NCBI GenBank assembly: GCA_038249195.1
Contig: JBBRWM010000001.1
Coordinates: forward strand, 75,489-139,488
Direction of reading: 5' to 3'
Length of the DNA stretch: 64,000 bases
From: Actinomycetota bacterium
GTDB lineage: Bacteria > Actinomycetota > UBA4738 > HRBIN12
In this document: one piece after another, positions 29,424 through 36,236 of the stretch
How positions within the stretch are numbered: the first letter of the stretch is position 1
How the letters are laid out: the number at the start of each line of letters is the position of its first letter
Position numbers and translations under genes: made by a program
Notes under the pieces: generated by a model
What the model was told of the DNA's origin: nothing
Databases searched by the model: none
The model's input: only the letters and a program-made list of their open reading frames with translations

Positions 29424-29960
29424 GTGATGAGAGCGGACGCGACGGCGCGCGGGAAGGAGTGCCTTGCGCTTCTCGAGCAGGCCGGCCGCGATGCGGGTTG
29501 GACCGTGGTGCGGGAGTACCCGGTACCCGGCGGGAGAGTCGACCTTGTCTGGACCTGGCAGCCCGATTCGGCACTGGCCGGTGCCCCCGGACCGATCCCG
29601 ATCGTGGGCTTCGAGGTCGAGTCCAGTTGGCGCACCCGGCAGCACGTCAAGGGCGACCTCGTCAACCTGGCGGCCCTCCAGGCTGCGCTTGGAGTGATCG
29701 TCTTGCTTGGCCTCGATGAGGGCGACGGCTTGCTCCCGCACGCCGAGGAGCTGGTCGAGCGGTGGCCCTGGCGGATAGTCGTGTGGACCGAACGCGACGT
29801 CGAAGGACTCGTGAACGGCCTCGGCAACCAACCATTGAGTTTCGCGGCTGGCTGCGCAAGCGCGGGACCATCGACCGAGGACGATCCTGCTTCGACGACG
29901 ACGAGCCACGCGGGGGGTGGCGTGACGCCCACACACGGTCGTGTCCCGTCAAGTGGTTGA
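29424..29960 (+). CDS. Hypothetical protein with a possible PD-(D/E)xK-like core, 3' end abutting or interrupted by the IS256 insertion
   Basis: GRVDLVW...IVGFEVESSWRTRQHVKGD. The C-terminal 50 aa are low-complexity. The IS target duplication lies inside this tail. Confidence 0.35.
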   Translation: MMRADATARGKECLALLEQAGRDAGWTVVREYPVPGGRVDLVWTWQPDSALAGAPGPIPIVGFEVESSWRTRQHVKGDLVNLAALQAALGVIVLLGLDEGDGLLPHAEELVERWPWRIVVWTERDVEGLVNGLGNQPLSFAAGCASAGPSTEDDPASTTTSHAGGGVTPTHGRVPSSG

Positions 29961-31322
29961 GATTCGTCACCGCCATCCTCGCTTCCTAGGCGATCGCAGC
30001 GAGTAGTTCCTTGGGGTCCTCACCTCCCTCGAGCTCGGCGGCCTTGGCCATGGATCCGATCGAGAAGTAGCGGCGATCGGCCACCTGCCATTCGTCGTCT
30101 TGTTCAGCGAGCAGCGTCCCGACCATGCGCATCAACGAGTCGAGCGTCGGGAAGATCCCGATCACTCGGGTGCGCCGCTTGACCTCCTTGTGCAGCCGCT
30201 CGATCGGGTTGGTCGAGTGCAGCCGACGCCGGTGTTCCCGGGGGAAGTGCATGTGGGCCAGCACGTCTTCTGCGGCGTCTTCCAGCAGCTCCGCGGCCTG
30301 GGGGAACCTGGGCTCGAGCATCCGTGCGACCTCGTGCAGCTGGGTCATCGCCGAGGCGTGATCGGGGGCCACGAACACGGTGCGCACCACCGCGGCCACG
30401 GTGTCTTGAGCACCCTTGGGCACCGTGGACAGCAGGTTCCGCATGAAGTGAACCCGGCATCGCTGCCAGGTGGCCCCGGTGAGCACCTTCGCGATCGCCT
30501 GGCGCAGTCCCTCGTGCGCATCAGAAATCACCAGACGCACCCCTTTCAGCCCTCGCTTGATCAACGAGCGAAGGAACGACGTCCAGAACTGATGGTCCTC
30601 GCTCTGGCCGGTGGCCGCACCCAAGATCGTGCGTTGGCCTTCGGCGTTCACCCCGATCGCGACGACCGTGGCGACCGAGGTGACGCGGCCGGCCTGACGC
30701 ACCTTGTGGAAGGTGGCGTCCAACCACACGTAGGGGTGCTCGCCTTCGATCGGGCGCGTGAGGAAGTCCTTCACCTCGCCATCTAATGACTTGCAGATCC
30801 TGGAGACCTCCGAGCGTGAGATCCCATCGATCCCCAGGGCTTTGACGAGGTCATCGACCTTGCGGGTGCTCACGCCCTTGACGTAGGCCTCGACCACCAC
30901 CGCATGCATCGCCTTCTCGGCTCGCCGGCGGGGTTCGAGCAGGCTCGGGAAATAGGCCCCGGCACTCACCTTGGGGATCTTGAGCTCGATCGTGCCCGCC
31001 CGGGTGTCCCAGCGCCTGGTGCGGTAGCCGTTGCGGTAGGCGACCCGCTCGGAGCTGCGTTCATACGGCCCAGCACCGATCTGGGAGGAGACCTCGGTCT
31101 CCATCACGGCTTGGGCGAGCACCCGCACGCCTTCACGAAGCAGATCCACGTCGTCTTCCTCGAGAAGCTTGCCGACGAACGACGTGATGTCCATCCTGTT
31201 GGTGGCCATCGTCCCTCCCCATCTGACTGTCCTGTCGATGAGGATGGCGGTGGCCATCTATGTCACGGGGATTTCCACCCCGGATCTCCACTTCGAAAGT
31301 CCACCACTTCTCGGGACGCTAA
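29937..31322. mobile_element. IS256-family insertion sequence with imperfect terminal IRs and a 9-bp target-site duplication CCCACACAC
   Basis: Left IR ggtcgtGTCCCGTCAAGTGGTTGAGATTCG. The right end reverse-complements to GTCCCGAGAAGTGGTGGACTTTCG. TSD at 29928-29936 and 31323-31331. Confidence 0.8.
29986..31209 (-). CDS. tnp: IS256-family (mutator-type) transposase
   Basis: ATG at 31209 (MATNRMDITSFVGKLLEED...). DDE region ...VWLDATFHKVRQ...LVISDAHEGL. Confidence 0.9.
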   Translation of the reverse strand: MATNRMDITSFVGKLLEEDDVDLLREGVRVLAQAVMETEVSSQIGAGPYERSSERVAYRNGYRTRRWDTRAGTIELKIPKVSAGAYFPSLLEPRRRAEKAMHAVVVEAYVKGVSTRKVDDLVKALGIDGISRSEVSRICKSLDGEVKDFLTRPIEGEHPYVWLDATFHKVRQAGRVTSVATVVAIGVNAEGQRTILGAATGQSEDHQFWTSFLRSLIKRGLKGVRLVISDAHEGLRQAIAKVLTGATWQRCRVHFMRNLLSTVPKGAQDTVAAVVRTVFVAPDHASAMTQLHEVARMLEPRFPQAAELLEDAAEDVLAHMHFPREHRRRLHSTNPIERLHKEVKRRTRVIGIFPTLDSLMRMVGTLLAEQDDEWQVADRRYFSIGSMAKAAELEGGEDPKELLAAIA

Positions 31323-31603
31323 CCCACACACTTCGGCAAGTACCGGGCTCTATACGACTGGCTGACGGCCAATCAGCGGATCGCGTGCCAGCGACCTTCG
31401 GCCAGGTGGAGGAGATTCTGGGGTTCCCTCTCCCACGATCCTCAAGAGACCACCCGGCGCACTGGTCTGGGTACGAGGGCAGCGCAGTCGCGAGAGCGAT
31501 CGCTGACGCAGGCTGGCGAGCCAGGAACGTGAACCTGGCCGCCGAGACCCTCGTCTTCGAGCGCGTGACCTGAGGTGGATCGCCTCAGACGCGGCCCTGC
31601 TGA

Positions 31604-32449
31604 CTAGCTGTTTCCAAGAAGATCGTCGCGGACATCGCGCACGAAGGACGTGCACACGGCTTCCACTCGATCCGCTGGAACCCCGACGCGCAGAGCCTCC
31701 ACCGCCATCTGTATGCCACGGCTCGCCCGGGCTCCGAAGAGTTCGTCGAGGAACGCCAAGGCTGCTGCGGTCGGCGCCTCGGCTATGGGGTCGGCGAGCA
31801 GCGGCCGTAGCCTCTGGAGGAAGTCCTCGACCGGCACCGCCTGCATGATGCGGTAGACGTCCGCGGCGTCCTTGTCAGCGATCCGGTCATCCTTACCCGC
31901 ATGCAGGCGCTCGTGCAGCTTGTGGAGCTTCGCCACCACAAGGGCGGCCGGTCCGGCGACCCGGACCGAGAAGCTTCGAGTCTCCGTAGCTTCGAGCCCG
32001 GAGATCTCCATGACATCGACGTCGATGACCACTCCTTCAAGGCCCAGGGCCTTGCGCGCCGACATCTTGTCGTGGGGCTCGATCCGCGCGCCTCTGGTTC
32101 CGCCGGGAGGGGCGAGGCCCTCTGGCACCATGACGTCGACCGGGATGATCACGCTCCGCCCACCGACCCCGACGCTCTTGATCCAGGCCCCTGGCTGTTG
32201 TCCCTCTTGCGAGAACCCTCCTGCGCGCATCAGCTCCTCGAGGTGAGGCTGATCGGCCAGATCGGCAGGCGAGAGAGCGAGGTCCGCGTCGGTCGTGTAC
32301 GGGGCAACCGAGATATCGCCGTCCCCGGTCCTGAGGTAGACCGCCTGAGCGCCGACTACGACCACCGCGTCCCTCTGCGACCCGAGAGCCTCGAGCGCAT
32401 CCAGCAATACCGAGCGTGCGGCGACGTACAGCGGGTCGTAGTCAGTCAC
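31604..32449 (-). CDS. Nucleotidyltransferase-fold protein, AbiEii-like (putative type IV TA toxin / Abi)
   Basis: GTG at 32449, 3 nt after the upstream stop. N-terminal NTase motif VVVGAQAVYLRTGD...TTDADLAL (hG[GS]...DxD). Confidence 0.5.
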   Translation of the reverse strand: MTDYDPLYVAARSVLLDALEALGSQRDAVVVVGAQAVYLRTGDGDISVAPYTTDADLALSPADLADQPHLEELMRAGGFSQEGQQPGAWIKSVGVGGRSVIIPVDVMVPEGLAPPGGTRGARIEPHDKMSARKALGLEGVVIDVDVMEISGLEATETRSFSVRVAGPAALVVAKLHKLHERLHAGKDDRIADKDAADVYRIMQAVPVEDFLQRLRPLLADPIAEAPTAAALAFLDELFGARASRGIQMAVEALRVGVPADRVEAVCTSFVRDVRDDLLGNS

Positions 32450-32452
32450 CCG

Positions 32453-33568
32453 TCACTCGCGTTCGACCGCTGCGGCCATGGCCTCGATCGAGGCGTAGCG
32501 CCATGTGTTCTCGTTCTCGCGCATCCACTCGATCACGGCGTCGCCTTCGGCGGGCATCCGTCCGCTGCCGGCTAGGCAATCCATCGCCACCTGGCTGGGC
32601 GCGGCCCACACCAGGCCGCCGTCGCGGACCGCGCGCGCGAACACGACCTCGTTGTCGGGACGCACCAGGACGACGTCCGCGCCGGTCTCGGCGGGGAGGA
32701 GCTCGAGCTCTTGGGCGAGGTCGCGCGGCGACATCGTGTACATGACGAGCAGGGTCGGCGCGGCCACCGGCGAAAGACGAGCGGCGGCGAACGATCCGGT
32801 GATCGTCGGCGCTCCCTCCGGCCCGCGCATCGCCAGTTGCTCCACGAGTCCACGCGCGCCCTGGCGGGCGACGTAGCGGAAGCTCCCGGTCGGACGGAAG
32901 AGGTCGAGCACCTGTGCTCGGCGCCGGAGCACGGCGGGCCAGTCGACTCCGGTGACTGGGCCTGGGCTCTCCCTCTCGATCAGTCCCTCGTCGTCAAGGG
33001 TCTCCAGGATGCGGGAGACGTATCCCTCGTTGACGTTCGCTGCCTTCGCGATCTCGGCCCCGGTGTACGGCGGGGTTGCGTCGACCAGCACCCGAACGAC
33101 CGCACCGACCTTCGCGCCTCGCAACCCTCGTCGCGACTTCGTCGCCGAGGGGTCGCGCTGGGCGCCTTGGGTCTCGATGAAGACGCCGACCTGATCCAGG
33201 CTGATGCGGATGTTCCCCGTCAGGTCCACGTAGCTGACGCTCTCTTCCACCAGCAGCTCACGGACCTTCGGGCTTACATAGGGCGCGACGACCAGGATCG
33301 GGTAGTTCCCCATCTGCTTACGGAGGCGCCTCCACGGTCCACCCATGAGCACCTGCACATCGCGCACCGAGACGTCGGAGCGAGCTACGACGGCGACCGG
33401 TGTCTGAGATGACGGCTGCGGTCCCTTGATGATCAGGTCCTGGGGCTCGGGATCACCCCCGAGAGAGATCTTCTCGATGGCCCAGTTCGTGGGCAGGCGG
33501 CGGGTGAGCACATCGATCGCCGCGTCCAGGAGCTGGTTTTCCGTCCGTTCCAGTTGTTGGGCTTCCAT
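32453..33568 (-). CDS. Winged-HTH DNA-binding protein, AbiEi-like putative antitoxin/regulator
   Basis: AAGGAGG RBS, then ATG at 33568 (MEAQQLERTENQ...). Central MarR-like wHTH TGAEIAKAANVNEGYVSRILETLDDEGLIERE. Confidence 0.5.
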   Translation of the reverse strand: MEAQQLERTENQLLDAAIDVLTRRLPTNWAIEKISLGGDPEPQDLIIKGPQPSSQTPVAVVARSDVSVRDVQVLMGGPWRRLRKQMGNYPILVVAPYVSPKVRELLVEESVSYVDLTGNIRISLDQVGVFIETQGAQRDPSATKSRRGLRGAKVGAVVRVLVDATPPYTGAEIAKAANVNEGYVSRILETLDDEGLIERESPGPVTGVDWPAVLRRRAQVLDLFRPTGSFRYVARQGARGLVEQLAMRGPEGAPTITGSFAAARLSPVAAPTLLVMYTMSPRDLAQELELLPAETGADVVLVRPDNEVVFARAVRDGGLVWAAPSQVAMDCLAGSGRMPAEGDAVIEWMRENENTWRYASIEAMAAAVERE

Positions 33569-33576
33569 CTTGCCTC

Positions 33577-33598
33577 CTTGCCTCACCTTGGCAAGGGT
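33577..33598. promoter_or_regulatory. Inverted repeat TTGCC-N12-GGCAA overlapping the RBS of the wHTH gene, with further GGCAAGG direct repeats to 33682
   Basis: cttgcctccttgcctcaccttggcaagg and ggcaaggcttgtccagtctagacaaggcttgcc (contains GTCTAGAC). Confidence 0.35.
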
Positions 33599-33823
33599 AC
33601 ATGTATCGGGCAAGGCTTGTCCAGTCTAGACAAGGCTTGCCTGTCTCACGTGCGCGTGTCAGGGTCAGGCAATCTGGCAAGGTATCGGGTTCGCGCCTCG
33701 TTTCACTCTTTCGCCCGTTTCACCGCGGCGGTGAATATGGCCGATCCAGTGAAACGTGGCGCCTCCTGGTCGCGGGCTACCCTTGCGGGCGTTGGGGCGT
33801 CACCTGGGAGGTGGGACAGACCG

Positions 33824-34645
33824 ATGGCTGGGGTAGGGAGCACCGTGGGGCAGCTCTTCGTGATCGCCCGCAACCCTGAGCCGGACTCCAAGCTCCCTTA
33901 CCTGCTCAGCCTCCCGCTCGAGGGCCCCCTGATCCTCAAGGCACGCGACACCTGGCCGCGGGCCACGCGGATCTACTGCCACCCCTTCGAGGACGTGTGG
34001 CCCGCCGACGCCGACGTCATCGAGGAGACGCCGGTCACCTCGTGCCGGCGGCGGGGCGCGGTGATCGATCTGGTGCTCGACCGGCCGCGGAACACGCGGT
34101 CCCAGTTCGTGTTCACAGAGACCCGCGGACGACCCGCGATCTTCTGGCAGACGCAGAAGGCCGCCCGCGCGGCGAACCCCGGCGCTCGGATCCCGCGCCG
34201 CCGGGCCCTGACCGAGACCTTCACGATCTCGATCGACACGAGGGAGCGCTACCCCTACCGCTTCTCCGGCAGGAACGTCTTGGTCGAGCGCGCGACGCTG
34301 CAGGCCGGGGACTACGCGATCCTCGCCGACGGCGAGATCCTCGCGACGGTCGAGCGGAAGACCTTGGAGAACTTCGCGTCCTCGCTCTCGGACGGCACCA
34401 TCGCGTTCCAGATGCAGCGCCTCGGCGAGGCGCCGCGCGCCGCCGTGGTGGTGGAGGCCCGCTACTCCGCCCTGTTCAAGCTCGATCACGTTCCCGCGGG
34501 CTGGATCGCCGACGTGCTCGCCCGCCTGCAGGTCCGCTACCCGGAGATCCAGGTGGTCTTCGCCGACTCCCGGAAGTTCGCGGAAGAGTGGGCCTTCCGG
34601 TTCCTGGCTGCGGCGCTCGCCGAGGCCACCGACCGGGCGCCATAG
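33824..34645 (+). CDS. ERCC4 (XPF/Mus81-type) nuclease-domain protein, paralog 1
   Basis: ISIDTRE...GDYAIL...VERKTLENF matches the ERCC4 signature (V/IDxRE ... GDY ... ERKxxxD). Confidence 0.6.
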   Translation: MAGVGSTVGQLFVIARNPEPDSKLPYLLSLPLEGPLILKARDTWPRATRIYCHPFEDVWPADADVIEETPVTSCRRRGAVIDLVLDRPRNTRSQFVFTETRGRPAIFWQTQKAARAANPGARIPRRRALTETFTISIDTRERYPYRFSGRNVLVERATLQAGDYAILADGEILATVERKTLENFASSLSDGTIAFQMQRLGEAPRAAVVVEARYSALFKLDHVPAGWIADVLARLQVRYPEIQVVFADSRKFAEEWAFRFLAAALAEATDRAP

Positions 34646-34788
34646 CCATGAATGGGTCCCACATGGGTCCCACACGCGGACGCGAACCGGCGCGAAACGG
34701 CGCCACCCGACGCCAACCCTCAACCGCTCGTTTCCCCTGCTCAGCGGCCATTCAACTCCATCACCGCTGGTAGGCGAACCGCCCTCCG

Positions 34789-34836
34789 ATCACCCTCTCA
34801 AGGTGAAGACACGGGTTCAAATCCCGTTGGGACTAC
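34789..34836. repeat. attR: second copy of the tRNA-Glu 3' 48-mer
   Basis: Identical to 15710-15757. Confidence 0.85.
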
Positions 34837-35029
34837 GAGTCTGAACAGGCCGAACGCGTTCGGGGGACCTCCCGGGCCCGTGGCAACTGCGGTGGCAACG
34901 AGCCTCAGGAACGCCTCCTTCCAGGAGGACGCTTAACCGGGCTGAGCATCACGCATCAGGACCCTACGACCTTGTTCGCCTTCCCCTTGATCTGCCCTTC
35001 GTCCCTGCCCATAGTTCAACTCCCGGCCG

Positions 35030-35206
35030 CTACTTGAGGTGCAGACTGACCCCCAAGAGGATCAAGGGCCACAGAAGCACCGCGAGGACCGCAGACGCGA
35101 TCGGCTTCGCCGCGTCCAGATGCTCGAAGTAGTGGTGTCCGGCCGCCACGATCACGCCGACGATGATGTAGACGACGAAGAGAACCGCGCCCACCGTGCG
35201 ACTCAT
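35030..35206 (-). CDS. Small membrane protein (58 aa, two predicted TM helices)
   Basis: Translated manually as MSRTVGAVLFVVYIIVGVIVAAGHHYFEHLDAAKPIASAVLAVLLWPLILLGVSLHLK. Below the ORF-track cutoff. Confidence 0.35.
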   Translation of the reverse strand: MSRTVGAVLFVVYIIVGVIVAAGHHYFEHLDAAKPIASAVLAVLLWPLILLGVSLHLK

Positions 35207-35250
35207 GTCTGCCCCTATCTCTCGTCCTTCGTTCGGGCCGGACCTTCGTT

Positions 35251-35342
35251 CATGCGCGCCTCACGAAATAGATGATCGCCATCACGACAAGGACGACCAC
35301 GATGAGGCCGACGATCCCGATACCTCCGATAGCTGCAAGCAT
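35251..35342 (-). CDS. 30-aa hydrophobic peptide with a strong Shine-Dalgarno sequence
   Basis: gggagg-6nt-ATG. MLAAIGGIGIVGLIVVVLVVMAIIYFVRRA. Confidence 0.35.
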
Positions 35343-35720
35343 CGTTTTCCTCCCTTCGTATCTCCATCCGTACCAGCGTTCTTGCTGACAGCTCGCTTCC
35401 TCGCGTCACGCGAGCGTCACCGGACGCTCCTCCGCTTCCTGAGCGAGGAACAATTCCACCCAGGTCGGAACGATACCGTAGACACCCTCGGGAGCACCCG
35501 CCGTGGCCATCGCTGGCTCGGCGCCCCCCGAGTCGAGCAGTTGCGTGATCCGCGCTCGGAACCCGTCGCCACGTTGCCCTTCTATCCACACGCGAACGAT
35601 CAGGATCCCCGTGCGGTCCGATGTTTGCGAGCTCATGCGCTCATCTTCGTGAAAGCTCGTCACGGTGCTGTCACCGGCTCCCTGCTCCACCGGACCCATG
35701 GGCCGGATGGAACGAATCGG

Positions 35721-35924
35721 TCAGCGCAGGCCCTCGACCAAGGCTCGCAAGTTCTCCGAGGGGTCGAGCCCCGACTCCGCCCTGAAGGGGGGGCGGAACG
35801 CGTCGTACTCACGGAGGGCCGCATCGATGTTGTGCTCCGCGAGGTGCGCCTGGATGAGCGCGTGACGGGCGCTCTCACGCAAGGGCTCCCCCGACACCGC
35901 CGCGAGACCAGCCTCCTCGTTCAC
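35721..35924 (-). pseudogene. Fragment of a SARP/AfsR-type BTAD-domain regulator
   Basis: ALIQAHLAEHNIDAALREYDAFRPPFRAESGLDPSENLRALVEGL matches the BTAD consensus but is isolated (67 aa). Confidence 0.4.
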
Positions 35925-36144
35925 CTCGGCGACGTCGTCAAGGTCCTACGAGGGGTCGAGCACCCGGTGGGCGAGGGCTTTGCCTTCCCGCAGGTCGACG
36001 GCCACCGTCGGGGCCAGCTGGATGTGATCGCTCGTCAGCTCGAACGAATCATACGCCACTGCCTGAGCCCGGCAGGTGTAGGCCGGAGGCCTTGTAGTCC
36101 CAAGGCTTGCGCTGACCCTCCCGTAACGCAGGGCCCGAAGACAC

Positions 36145-36184
36145 TCTCGAGGTAAAGACACGGGTTCAGATCCCGTTGGGACTA
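36145..36184. repeat. Degenerate third copy of the tRNA-Glu 3' repeat (old att remnant)
   Basis: ctctcgaggtaaagacacgggttcagatcccgttgggactatc versus ctctcaaggtgaagacacgggttcaaatcccgttgggactac. Confidence 0.7.
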
Positions 36185-36236
36185 TCAGGAACGCTGTTCG
36201 CACCGCCATCACCCAAGGGTCATCCCGTGAGGACTC

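Larger units (their letters stand above)
15758..34836. mobile_element. Integrated genomic island (approx. 19.1 kb) at tRNA-Glu: int, xre, xis-like, rep-like plus a defense cargo (type I RM, kinase/DUF3037, AbiE-like pair, nucleases, IS256)
   Basis: Bounded by a 48-bp tRNA-derived direct repeat. Integrase lies next to the tRNA. Arm-type motif ATGGGTCCCACA near both ends. GC content is locally lower (e.g. hsdS). Confidence 0.75.

Noticed and set aside
29328-29936. 202-aa minus ORF opposite the nuclease-like gene
   Set aside because: The translation looks like GC-rich noise and the plus-strand frame is more protein-like. Neither is strongly supported, so the plus ORF is reported at low confidence.
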